This document shows positions 1-9,608 of a DNA stretch of 64,000 nt, one piece after another. How positions within the stretch are numbered: the first letter of the stretch is position 1; each line of letters opens with the position of its first letter. The position numbers and the translations under genes are program-made. A model generated the notes under the pieces. It was not told where the DNA came from. It was given only the letters and a program-made list of their open reading frames with translations, and did no database searches. This DNA is from a bacterium (GTDB taxonomy: Bacteria > UBA10199 > 2-02-FULL-44-16 > JAAZCA01): positions 864,001 through 928,000 of the forward strand of contig CAXXGI010000001.1 of NCBI GenBank assembly GCA_963674695.2, given 5' to 3'.

Positions 1-396
1 CTGGGTTCGCGCATCCTGGGCGTGGGCGCGCGTCGCGGGGGCATGCCGCTCTACAAATATCTGGCCAACCGTTTTCTGACCCTCGTGGAGAACTGGATGG
101 TCGGGTACAAGCTCGCCGAGTATCACACGGGGTATCGCGCCTTCTCGCGGCGCCTGCTCGAACGCCTGCCGCTGGAGGCAAACTCGGATGACTTCGTCTT
201 CGACAACCAGATGCTGGCGCAGGCGATCTACTACGGCTTCGATATCGGCGAGATCACCTGCCCAACGAAATACTTTCCCGAGGCCAGCTCGATCAACTTC
301 AGCCGCAGCGTCACCTACGGCCTGGGCGTCTTAAAGACCGGGCTCACCTTTCGGTTGGCCAAGTGGAAGCTGATCCGATCGAAGATCTTTCCGTGA
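1..396 (+). CDS. Glycosyltransferase family 2 (DPM1-like), C-terminal part, 5'-truncated by the window edge
   Basis: Frame is open from base 1. LGSRILG...ANRFLT...[11 protein letters not shown]...FVFDNQML...GEITCPTKY is a typical DPM1-like GT2 C-terminus. Confidence 0.85.
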   Translation: MGSRILGVGARRGGMPLYKYLANRFLTLVENWMVGYKLAEYHTGYRAFSRRLLERLPLEANSDDFVFDNQMLAQAIYYGFDIGEITCPTKYFPEASSINFSRSVTYGLGVLKTGLTFRLAKWKLIRSKIFP

Positions 397-411
397 GGCA
401 GGCACCCTTCC

Positions 412-1980
412 ATGACCGCAACCCGCAGACAGATTCTCCTGCTCCTGATCATCCTCGCCGCCGCCGCGGCGCTGCTTACCGCAAATTTGGGTCAGCGACT
501 CCTCTGGCAGGATGAGGCCGAGGTGGCGCTCCTGGCTCGTTCCATCGATGCGCACGGCGTGCCCACCGCATGGGATGGGCGCAACATCATCACCCAGCAG
601 AACGGGACGGAATTCGACGACGGCTTCACCTGGCGCTGGTCGGCCTGGGGAGGCCCCTTCATCGTTTGGGCCTCGACGACATGCTTCGGCCAGACTCCCT
701 TTGGTTTTCGTTTTCCCGGCGCCCTCTTCGGCTGGCTCACGATCCTCATCACTTTCTTCATGGCACGACGCTGGACGGGGCGCACCGACGTCGCGCTCTT
801 GAGTTGCACCTTCCTCCTGTTGAACATTCCCTTCCTGTTGCACGCACGCCAATGCCGCTATTATTCGATCATCTCCTGTTTGGGCATCACCATGCTCTGG
901 ACCTGGCGCTCGTTGCCAAACCGGCGCGCGTGGATCGCACTCACGCTCTGCGGTGCGGCCATGTTCTATGTGAACGAACTGGCGCTCGCCGCCCTCATGG
1001 GACCGTTGCTCGTCTATGCGATCGCAGTGGATCGCCACCGCCGCCGCATCCGGTGGACGCTCTCGGCGATTGGGGCGATGGCCCTGATCGGCATTCCGGA
1101 GATCCTCATGCGCACCCAGGCCTCCGGCGCTGCCTGGCATACCCTCGCGTTGGGAGAAGCGGGACTGCGCATCGGCAAGGGGCTCTTCGAGTGGAACAAC
1201 GTCATCTTTCCCGCCATCGCGCTCGCCCTCATCCTCGTCTTTCGCCGCCACCTGCGCCCAGCGACGGAGAAACTGGCGTGGCTCATGCTCTGCGCGCTTG
1301 CCCTCTTCCCCCTCCTGATGACGCCCTTTCTCGATCCAAACATCCGGTATGCGACCTACGGATTTCCCCTGGCCGCGCTCCTCATCGCCGCGGTGACCGT
1401 GGATGTCTGGCGCTGGAGGCGCCCGGCGGCCGTCGGCATCGCCGCGATCCTTCTCGGCACGAACCTCGTCGCGATAGGCCCGATCGTCTGGCTCGGACGC
1501 CCGCTCAAGAGTGAGATCGTTGGATTCGCGCAGGAGATCACCGAAGACTATCGCGGGCCCACCGAGGCGATCGTCGCCCTCCTCAACGATGAGGCCAAAC
1601 CGGACGATGTGCTGCTGGCCACCTACGGACAACTGCCGCTCATGCTGCACACGCCGCTTCGCATCGCGAACATGCTGCCGAGCCAGCGCGCCGAGGCGCT
1701 CGGACTGCCGCGCTTCACCCACGATCCGATGGAAGCGCGTTGGTTCATCCCGCGCAATACCGTCTGCCGGGATTGTCCGCCACTCGATCCGATATTCTGG
1801 AAGCAGCACCTCGAAGACCGGGGAGCAACGCTCGTCCCCTTCGCGCTCGAGGTGGAGGATTTGAAATACGGCAACTCGCCCAACATCACCTCCCACCGCT
1901 TCACCTCACCGCATGCGCGCGCGGATGAAGGGCTCATCATCTACCGCATCGACTGGCCCGAAGACCACCCTGTGCCATAA
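412..1980 (+). CDS. GT-C fold membrane glycosyltransferase (ArnT/PMT-like, family 39)
   Basis: LWQDEA motif after the first TM helix, FRFPGALFG, HARQCRYY and many hydrophobic segments. Lies directly after the GT2 gene. Confidence 0.8.
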   Translation: MTATRRQILLLLIILAAAAALLTANLGQRLLWQDEAEVALLARSIDAHGVPTAWDGRNIITQQNGTEFDDGFTWRWSAWGGPFIVWASTTCFGQTPFGFRFPGALFGWLTILITFFMARRWTGRTDVALLSCTFLLLNIPFLLHARQCRYYSIISCLGITMLWTWRSLPNRRAWIALTLCGAAMFYVNELALAALMGPLLVYAIAVDRHRRRIRWTLSAIGAMALIGIPEILMRTQASGAAWHTLALGEAGLRIGKGLFEWNNVIFPAIALALILVFRRHLRPATEKLAWLMLCALALFPLLMTPFLDPNIRYATYGFPLAALLIAAVTVDVWRWRRPAAVGIAAILLGTNLVAIGPIVWLGRPLKSEIVGFAQEITEDYRGPTEAIVALLNDEAKPDDVLLATYGQLPLMLHTPLRIANMLPSQRAEALGLPRFTHDPMEARWFIPRNTVCRDCPPLDPIFWKQHLEDRGATLVPFALEVEDLKYGNSPNITSHRFTSPHARADEGLIIYRIDWPEDHPVP

Positions 1981-2401
1981 TGGAAATGTGGGTTTTACTG
2001 TCATTCATTGCCTATTTGCCTTCCGATCTCCGATTGTGATGCGGATATCGATAAGGATGAAATCGATTATTGATTCCTGAAATATGATACCGGCTCAGAT
2101 GAGCCGGTCATCAGAAATCAACAATCAACATCGGGATCAATATCATCATCACGATCAGTTGTACTGTACTATCAAGTCAATCACCTAACAGGTGTGCGAT
2201 GATATCGTGACTACTGCACATTATGCTATCGTGACAGTTTGCCGTGGTCCACTGGACCAAGTTTTCCTGTCTTGATTCTCCATTTCACATCGTGCCGGAA
2301 TCTCGGATGTCCGATTCGGTTTCTCAATCGGTTGTCGGTTTTTCGTTTCAGGCCACGTCGATCACATTCAAAAAACGATCACGACTAATGCCATAAACCA
2401 T

Positions 2402-2434
2402 AAAAAACCCCCGACAGGAATTCCTGTCGGGGGT
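2402..2434 (-). terminator. Rho-independent terminator of the Lys-rich SWIB gene
   Basis: Perfect inverted repeat acccccgacagg-aatt-cctgtcgggggt, followed by a T-run on the minus strand. Confidence 0.85.
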
Positions 2435-2457
2435 CTTTCATTCAGCAATAATAGTGC

Positions 2458-2805
2458 TTAGCGAGCGTTCAGACGATTCTTCTTCACATAGGCCCACAAC
2501 TTCTTCGTCATCTGACTCGGCGCGATCGGGGTCTTGCCAAAGATCTTTTCCATGCTCTCCGTGCAGCTCTTAAAATTCACGGTATAGCCGCCGAACGCCT
2601 TTTTCTTGCCCGCCGCCTTTTTCTTCTTCGCTGCCTTTTTCTTCTTCACGACTTTTTTCTTCTTCACGACCTTCTTTTTCTTCTTCGCTACCTTTTTCTT
2701 CTTTACGACTTTCTTCTTCTTCACGATCTTTTTCTTCTTCGCTACTTTCTTCTTCTTTACGATCTTTTTCTTCTTCGCGACCTTTTTCTTTTTCCGCTTG
2801 ACCAT
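2458..2805 (-). CDS. Histone H1-like Lys-rich repeat protein with a short C-terminal SWIB/MDM2-like segment
   Basis: About 11 KKKK(V/I/A)(V/A) repeats, then MEKIFGKTPIAPSQMTKKLWAYVKKNRL, which resembles SWIB. GGAGGG RBS upstream and its own terminator downstream. Confidence 0.8.
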   Translation of the reverse strand: MVKRKKKKVAKKKKIVKKKKVAKKKKIVKKKKVVKKKKVAKKKKKVVKKKKVVKKKKAAKKKKAAGKKKAFGGYTVNFKSCTESMEKIFGKTPIAPSQMTKKLWAYVKKNRLNAR

Positions 2806-2988
2806 AACCCCTCCCTTTCGGATGGGCGCGCTCCCGAGGGAGCTTATGCGCCGTTAGCAAGTGGAACGCCCTTCTCACGTATATCGTCGTGATTTATAGC
2901 AAATTCTACACCTCAAATAAATAAAAAAAGGCGCCGTGCAGCTTTCTGCTGCACGGCGTCATTGATAACGACATCTCCATTGCGCACA

Positions 2989-3906
2989 TCAGATCATCGT
3001 GAGCCAGGAACGATGACGCTCGTTCTTGCCTCGTACGAGATCGAAGTAGGCATCCTGCAGTCGCTTGGTGATCGGTCCCGGCCTTCCTGCCCCGATGCAC
3101 CGATCGTCGATCTCCCGCACAGGAGTCACCTCAGCGGCCGTCCCGACGATGAAGACTTCATCGCAGAGATAGAGGTGATCGCGCGTAAACCGCTCTTCCC
3201 GCACCGGCAGATCCATCTCACGACAGAGGGTGATGATCGTATCGCGCGTGATCCCGGGCAGGATGGGGGAATAGGTCGGCGCGGTACGGATGACGCCATC
3301 GCGAACGGCAAAGAGGTTTTCACCGGAGCATTCGGCGACATACCCTTGCGTGTCGAGCATAATCGCTTCGTCGTAACCGCCAGCGATCGCCTCGCGCTTC
3401 GCCAGGGATGAGGGGACATACTGTCCGATAATCTTTCCCTGCACCATGCCGACGTTGACGTGATGACGGTTGAAGGATGAGACCTTCAGCCGCGTTCCCG
3501 ACTCGAGCGCTTCTTTGCCCAAATAGGCGCCCCACTTCCAGCAGGCAACGGCAACCCGGGTCGTATTGACCGCTGCCAACCCCATGGCGCCATCGCCACA
3601 AAACATGAGCGGGCGCAGGTAGCATTCGTCGAGCTCGTTGGCCCGAACGACTTCGACGCAGGCTTGCGCCACCTCCTCCTCGCTAAAGGCCGGCTCCATC
3701 TTTAAAATTTTGAGGCCATCGGACATCCGGCGCACATGTTCCTTGAGCCGAAAGATGGCCGACCCACCATCATGGAGACGATAGCACCGAATACCTTCAA
3801 AGACGCCAACGCCATAGTGCAGGGTATGGGTGAGGATGGGAACCTGCGCGTCGTTCCAATCGACAAACCTTCCATCCAACCAGACCTTCTTCGTCGGTTC
3901 GACCAT
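2989..3906 (-). CDS. ilvE: Branched-chain amino acid aminotransferase
   Basis: HTLHYGVGVFEGIRCY, YDEAIMLD, ECSGENLF, ILPGITR, GTAAEVTPVREID. Confidence 0.95.
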   Translation of the reverse strand: MVEPTKKVWLDGRFVDWNDAQVPILTHTLHYGVGVFEGIRCYRLHDGGSAIFRLKEHVRRMSDGLKILKMEPAFSEEEVAQACVEVVRANELDECYLRPLMFCGDGAMGLAAVNTTRVAVACWKWGAYLGKEALESGTRLKVSSFNRHHVNVGMVQGKIIGQYVPSSLAKREAIAGGYDEAIMLDTQGYVAECSGENLFAVRDGVIRTAPTYSPILPGITRDTIITLCREMDLPVREERFTRDHLYLCDEVFIVGTAAEVTPVREIDDRCIGAGRPGPITKRLQDAYFDLVRGKNERHRSWLTMI

Positions 3907-4142
3907 ATCAGACCTCCTCGCGGCAGTTGATGTATGACGGAGATGAACCTAATCGATGGACTACAGGGGAGCAATACAAAACCCGCGGGACAGATGAGAC
4001 TGCCATTACTGGAAACGGCTCAATTTCGTCTTTGAGGAAACAAATTTCGGAAAGACGTATGGCGTGCCATCAAACGGCACCGTCTTGAACGGAAAAAAGT
4101 TGAATAACTTATGACAAGCGAATCACTCTTCAATGGGAGGGG

Positions 4143-5057
4143 TCAGAGTTCGAACGCTTTGACGCGCCCCACAATCCAGTCGAGCACCTGCGGTCCGACG
4201 AGCGTCACGCCCTGACCGAAGAAATCTTGCAGCGCAATAGCCGCCGCATTGAGGCCATAAACGCTTCCCGTATCGACGCGCTCGTCGAGATAGCCCAACC
4301 ACTTGAGCGCATCACAGACGTCCCGCTGAATGCTCGTTGCATTCTTCCCCATCGCCTCACCCATGATGAACGCGCCGTGATCCTGAAGCATCTTCCGATC
4401 GCTGTGCAACTGTTCGAGTAGGGCGACCTTCGAATAGCGACAACGCATGATGAGCAGACCGACGGTATCGATGCCGATGCGCTTCCCATCCAACTGCGCA
4501 TCATCCGCCACACGAAACTTCTTGTTCATCTTCCCCATCGCCACCCGACGCTGAGCATACACCTCTTTGAGCACTCGGCGCTGAAAGACACTCGCCAGTT
4601 CACGCGTCTGCTCGCCATAATCGCCATCGGCAACGATCGTCATGTTGAGTACGCGCCCGAGCGCCTTCTGGGCATAGGTCATCAGTCTCCGGAAATGACG
4701 CGGGGGAATGGGGTCGCCCGCCCCGGCTGAACGCAATTCGCGCGTCCCCATCTCCAGTGCGGTCTGTCGCTTGGCCAGGATGCGATAGGCCGGATCGCGC
4801 GACAGAAGCAATCCCAGGATGGGCGGCTCATTCAGAGAGGCAATATCGGTCCGATCGATCGCGTCCTTTTTCCCGCCCAACCCGGCCAACACATCGAAGG
4901 CCTCGCGATACCCATCCAGTCGCGCATACGAGGAGGATTGATTCGAGATGCGGACGACGCCATCATTTTTTGCATCGCAGAATTTCTTTCCGGGCTCGCA
5001 GAAACCGAGTCGGCTGACGTTCTGCATATCCTCTCTGGTGAGACGCATCTGCCCCAT
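4143..5057 (-). CDS. Hypothetical protein with putative peptidoglycan-binding-like segments
   Basis: 304-aa ORF. AQKALGRVL...ADGDYGEQTRELASVFQ and ALKWLGYL resemble PG_binding_1 repeats. Confidence 0.55.
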   Translation of the reverse strand: MGQMRLTREDMQNVSRLGFCEPGKKFCDAKNDGVVRISNQSSSYARLDGYREAFDVLAGLGGKKDAIDRTDIASLNEPPILGLLLSRDPAYRILAKRQTALEMGTRELRSAGAGDPIPPRHFRRLMTYAQKALGRVLNMTIVADGDYGEQTRELASVFQRRVLKEVYAQRRVAMGKMNKKFRVADDAQLDGKRIGIDTVGLLIMRCRYSKVALLEQLHSDRKMLQDHGAFIMGEAMGKNATSIQRDVCDALKWLGYLDERVDTGSVYGLNAAAIALQDFFGQGVTLVGPQVLDWIVGRVKAFEL

Positions 5058-5099
5058 GGAGACAAACCCTTTCTGTGCACGAACAATCGATACGATTCC

Positions 5100-5126
5100 T
5101 TGTCGGCAATCGTGAGAAAAAGTTGC
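5100..5126 (-). promoter_or_regulatory. Putative alternative-sigma (sigma28-like) promoter GCAAC-N14-GCCGACAA
   Basis: Lies about 43 nt upstream of the ATG at 5057. The same motif recurs at 5727, 12879 and 54454. Confidence 0.55.
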
Positions 5127-5217
5127 GCACTTTTCAGAATTGTCAATACACTGATATTACTGTATAATTTCGACATTCATCAAAGAACTTCCTGCCTTTC
5201 CCAGGGAAAGGGGCCCC

Positions 5218-5661
5218 ATGGCTCCCTCCACGCGCGCCACAAGCGTCGCCCGCATCCGGATCGCCGCGTCACTGACCTGGGTCGATCGCTATCTCGCGCG
5301 CGCCAGGAGACGCATGCCAACGATGGCACTGCCCAAGGTCATCCGCGCCTTCCGACCGAACCCCAAAAAGAAACATCGAACACTCGGCAGTTGTTGCCGC
5401 GCCGATGCCTCGATCAACATCGCCACGCACACCGTTGAGGTTCGCGAAATCAAGGGACGCAAGAGACGCATCCTGCGTGAACTGACACGCCTGGAGATCC
5501 TGCAAACGCTCGCCCATGAGCTGGCACATCTCGCCTATGAGCGTCACGACTATGAACAGGAATGGTATGCTCGCACCATCTTTCACACCTTCGGCCTGAC
5601 CGAGACCTGCCCCCACTGCGAGGGGAAGGGGAAGATCCCCGCCCGCTACGAAAACACCTGA
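5218..5661 (+). CDS. Small HEXXH zincin-like protein with a C-terminal CPHCEGKG motif
   Basis: ILQTLAHELAHL..HD (WLM/SprT/M48-like), plus CxxCxGxG near the C-terminus. Confidence 0.65.
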   Translation: MAPSTRATSVARIRIAASLTWVDRYLARARRRMPTMALPKVIRAFRPNPKKKHRTLGSCCRADASINIATHTVEVREIKGRKRRILRELTRLEILQTLAHELAHLAYERHDYEQEWYARTIFHTFGLTETCPHCEGKGKIPARYENT

Positions 5662-5726
5662 TGGCCCGCTCAACGTCCTCCCTTCACGCCTCCAGGGCGT
5701 GACCTTTTATATTGGCCATTTTTCAC

Positions 5727-5753
5727 GCAACTTTTTCGGCCTCCCGCCGAAAC
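5727..5753 (+). promoter_or_regulatory. Putative alternative-sigma promoter GCAAC-N14-GCCGAAAC
   Basis: gcaac-tttttcggcctccc-gccgaaac has the same architecture as the other copies. Confidence 0.45.
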
Positions 5754-5823
5754 GTGAGCATTCCGGAGGGCACCCATCGACACTGGAGAAAAGGAATCCC
5801 TGATGGGCACCTCTCATAACTCA

Positions 5824-5946
5824 TATTTGCCGCCGCGAGGGGAAATCGGGTGTATCTGGAACAAGCTTCATCGTCGTTGTGCCCGCCAGAGGCGGGTCCG
5901 CCTTTGGCGGAAAGATACACCCGATTTCCCCTCGCAGCGGCAAATA
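5824..5946. repeat. 34-bp inverted repeat enclosing a REP-like double hairpin (MITE-like)
   Basis: 5824-5857 is the reverse complement of 5913-5946 with one mismatch. The spacer contains cccgccagaggcggg and tccgcctttggcgga. Confidence 0.8.
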
Positions 5947-5971
5947 AACCCACATACTTCGAGGTGCCCTG

Positions 5972-6223
5972 ATGTTCACATCCCCTTCCTTGCGATACGC
6001 CATCGCCACTGCCATCATCGGACTGAGCGTCACGCTCATCAACCCCATCATGCAGACCGCCTCACCGTCACAGACCCTGCTGCAAGGGATCCGATCCCCA
6101 TCCCTGCCCACGATGACGACAACAGCATCATCACCAACAGCGACCGTCGGATGGCGCTTCCCAAACGAGAGAGAGATGACCAGAAAATCCGCACCGAAAA
6201 ACCCTCGAACACTTGTTAAATAG
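5972..6223 (+). CDS. Hypothetical small protein with an N-terminal hydrophobic segment
   Basis: GAGGTG upstream, a signal/TM-like N-terminus and a Thr/Ser/Pro-rich tail. No recognised domain. Confidence 0.35.
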   Translation: MFTSPSLRYAIATAIIGLSVTLINPIMQTASPSQTLLQGIRSPSLPTMTTTASSPTATVGWRFPNEREMTRKSAPKNPRTLVK

Positions 6224-6257
6224 GCATTTGCCGTCATCGTCGCAATCCCTTTCTCGG

Positions 6258-6286
6258 TTGACAATAGGGCCCAAACCCCCTATACA
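6258..6286 (+). promoter_or_regulatory. Sigma70-type promoter of acs
   Basis: TTGACA-N17-TATACA upstream of the AAGGAGG RBS and the ATG at 6354. Confidence 0.65.
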
Positions 6287-6353
6287 CCGCACCGCCGTCA
6301 GCATTTGACGGTCGGCTTTTCATGCACGTTCACCCCGTCCTAAGGAGGAATGT

Positions 6354-8332
6354 ATGGCTGACGCACCGACGATCAAATCGATGATGGAAGAAAATCGAGT
6401 ATTTGATCCCCCGGCAAAACTGAAAGAGAACGCCTGGATCAAGAACTTCGACGAGTACAAAACGATGTATGACCGCTCCATCGACGACCCCGACACCTTC
6501 TGGGCCGAGATGGCGGAGAACTTCACCTGGACCAAGAAGTGGGACAAGGTCCGCAGCTATGACTTCCGCGACAAGATCGACATCAAGTTCTATGAGGGTG
6601 CCGAAACCAATATCACGGTCAACTGCCTGGACCGGCATGTGGAAGCCGGCAAGGGCGATCGCACGGCCATCATCTGGAAGGCAACGATCCGAGCGAAGTC
6701 AAAAAATACACCTACAAGGAATTGCTCGGCGAGGTTTGCAAGTGCGCCAACGTCCTGAAGGAGAATGGCGTGGGCCGCGGCGACCGCGTCTCCATCTACA
6801 TGCCGATGGTTCCGGAGCTCGCGATCTCCATGATGGCCTGTGCCCGCATCGGTGCGGTTCACTCGATCGTCTTTGGCGGCTTCTCGGCCGACGCGCTGCG
6901 CGACCGCATCCTCGATTCCGGCTGTGAATTCCTCATCACCACCGATGGCGCCATGCGCGGCAAGAAGGCCATCCCGATGAAAAAGGCCGCCGACGATGCG
7001 ATGACGATGTGTGCAGAAGCCGGCACCCCGGTGAAGACCTGCCTCGTCTACAACCGGACGAACACGCCGGTCGACATGAAAGAGGGCCGCGACCTCTGGT
7101 GGAACGAAGTGATGGCGAATGCCTCGACCACCTGCGAACCGGCGAAGATGGGTGCCGAAGATCCGCTCTTCATCCTCTACACCTCCGGCTCCACCGGAAA
7201 GCCCAAAGGCGTGCTGCACACGACCGGCGGCTACATGGTCTATGCCGGCACGACCTTCAAGTACATCTTCGACTATCATCAGGACGACATCTTCTGGTGC
7301 ACGGCCGACATCGGCTGGGTCACCGGACACACCTACATCGTCTACGGCCCGTTGGCCAACTGTGCCACGACCATCATGTTCGAGGGCGTGCCCACCTACC
7401 CGGACGCCGGTCGCTTCTGGGATGTCTGCCAGAAGCATGACGTCAGCATCTTCTACACCGCCCCGACCGCCATCCGCGCGCTCATGCGCGAAGGCGATCA
7501 GTGGCCGGCGAAGTACGACCTCTCCAAGCTGCGTATCCTCGGTTCGGTCGGCGAACCGATCAACCCCGAGGCCTGGATGTGGTACTACAACAACGTCGGG
7601 CACGAAAATGCCCCGATCATGGACACCTGGTGGCAGACCGAGACGGGCGGCATTCTCATCACGCCGCTGCCCGGCGCTATCGCCACCAAGCCCGGCTCGG
7701 CGACCTTCCCCTTCTTCGGCGTCAAGCCGAAGGTCATCCGGGAGAACGGCAGCCAGTGCTCGGCCAACGAGGGCGGCTATCTCGTCATCGAAGAGCCCTG
7801 GCCCGGCATGATGCGCACCGTCTACAACCATCACGAGCGCTTCAAAGAGACCTACTTCTCGATGTTCCCGGGAGTCTACTTCACGGGCGACGGCGCACGC
7901 GTGGATGGGGATGGCTACTACTGGCTCATGGGTCGCGTGGATGACGTCATCAACATCTCCGGTCACCGCATCGGCACCGCCGAGGTGGAAAGCGCACTCG
8001 TCTCCCATCCGTATGTCGCCGAAGCCGCCGTGGTGGGTTTCCCTCACGACATCAAGGGACAGGGCATCTATGCTTACGTCACGCTGAAGTTGGGTCAGGA
8101 AGTGAACGACGACGTGAAGAAGGCGCTCATCGCTCATGTCCGTAAGGAGATCGGTCCGATCGCCACGCCGGACAAACTGCACTTCACCGACGGGCTGCCC
8201 AAGACCCGTTCGGGCAAGATCATGCGCCGCATCCTGCGCAAGATCGCCGAGGGCGAGTTCAACAATCTGGGCGACACCTCGACGCTTGCCGACCCGAACG
8301 TCGTCAACGCGTTGGTAGAGGGAAAGCAGTAG
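6354..8332 (+). CDS. acs: Acetyl-CoA synthetase, split by a single-base frameshift at about 6676 (sequence error or pseudogene)
   Basis: The N-terminal ORF has NCLDRH...TAIIW. The C-terminal ORF has [23 protein letters not shown] and [12 protein letters not shown]. Adding one G (tgg gaa ggc aac gat) restores IIWEGND and fuses the two frames. Confidence 0.93.
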
Positions 8333-8371
8333 ACCGTAAACGTTTAACCAGTAAACGGTGAACGGAAAATC

Positions 8372-8403
8372 AAAAGGCCCCTCGGAGACGGGGGGCCTTT
8401 TTT
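8372..8403 (+). terminator. Rho-independent terminator after acs
   Basis: aaaaggcccct...gggggcctttttt hairpin with a T-tail. Confidence 0.85.
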
Positions 8404-8510
8404 ATACCGGTCGGCATGGAGTGACAATTTAACTTCACATTTGATCTCAATCGGTTCTTCGACGTATAGGCTTTCGCCACACAGCGTGCACACTTTTCTC
8501 GGAGATCATC

Positions 8511-9494
8511 ATGTCCGTCACGTACCCCATCTCGATCCTCACCCCCGTACCCGTTGAGCCCCTTTCGGTGACGGAGAGCCAGACTCTACCGCTCCAGCTA
8601 ACCGGCCTGACCGAAGCGCAGATCGAGCTGGAGGAAGTGCTCGATCTTCCCAACAGTGCGGAAATGGAGGAGACCTACAAACAGTTTAAACGCTCATTCC
8701 TCACACATTCCCCTGTCGAAACCATCGGCCCCATCCCCGTGGTGCCGTACGCCGATGAGATCGTCGAGCCGCGCGCCATGGGAAGGAACACCATCCTCTC
8801 GGCGGGCCCTCTCCTTCCGTATCAGAAAAGCCCGATCCGAAGGGACGACAGCCCTGACGACGATCGCCGAAGCGGAAAAGATCCGTCCGCCGCCTGGGCA
8901 AAGACCTTGAGCGATCGAATCGATACTGAGAGCGAGCTCCTCTCCCATATCATCCGATGGTTTCACAATTGTTTCGGACAGGCGGATTCTCATATGCATC
9001 CGGGCGGCCCGCAGATCACGTCGCTGCTCTCTGCGCTTCTCATCCGGCCGCCATCGCTCGCACCCGATACGGACCTTCAAGCGACCATCAACGAATTATT
9101 CGTGTTTGTCCGCACTTCTCCCGGCTATCTGCTTGGCCTGACCACCACCCGCAACGATGATTGTTTTTTCTTGCTCCGCGTCGATAAAGAAAGCATCGGA
9201 ACATTGCCGCAGAAAGCCTTAAGACCGATCGACCGACCAATACGCTGGAGTGCAGCACTGTCGGCACTCGGCAACCGCCTCGCCTTCCTCCCGGCCGGGG
9301 CGATCGACCTCTCCTCGCCTGAGGCACGCTATGCCCTCATGCAGGACGGCGCACTGCTGGCCACCGCCGGGAACGGATTCGCAACGAATGCGCTTCGCTT
9401 TTATACTGCGTCGCGGGAGATACCCGCTCTCTATCTCGGCGTCATCGGCGATCCGATCGGAGCGCGGGCGCCGTTTGCCGGCGACATCCTCTAG
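8511..9494 (+). CDS. Hypothetical protein
   Basis: 327-aa ORF with GGAG RBS, filling the gap between two terminators. No recognised motif. Confidence 0.6.
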   Translation: MSVTYPISILTPVPVEPLSVTESQTLPLQLTGLTEAQIELEEVLDLPNSAEMEETYKQFKRSFLTHSPVETIGPIPVVPYADEIVEPRAMGRNTILSAGPLLPYQKSPIRRDDSPDDDRRSGKDPSAAWAKTLSDRIDTESELLSHIIRWFHNCFGQADSHMHPGGPQITSLLSALLIRPPSLAPDTDLQATINELFVFVRTSPGYLLGLTTTRNDDCFFLLRVDKESIGTLPQKALRPIDRPIRWSAALSALGNRLAFLPAGAIDLSSPEARYALMQDGALLATAGNGFATNALRFYTASREIPALYLGVIGDPIGARAPFAGDIL

Positions 9495-9557
9495 CCGGAA
9501 GACCGGCGTCGGCGACCGGAAGGAACCGTAGCGATCGCATCCCGAACGAACCTGACG

Positions 9558-9586
9558 AAAAACGGCCTCCCGAGGGGAGGCCGTTT
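9558..9586. terminator. Probable bidirectional terminator between convergent genes
   Basis: aaaaacggcctccc-gag-gggaggccgttt. Confidence 0.75.
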
Positions 9587-9608
9587 GATTTCATGCGTCG
9601 TCCGAGCG

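Noticed and set aside
2606-2857. Poly-Phe ORF and the Glu-rich alternative frame 2570-2878
   Set aside because: They are antisense or shifted readings of the Lys-repeat gene. Only the Lys frame has an RBS and a domain-like C-terminus.
6354-8332. Programmed frameshift or genuinely two-gene acs
   Set aside because: There is no slippery site or RBS for the second ORF, and one missing G in a G-run explains the split.
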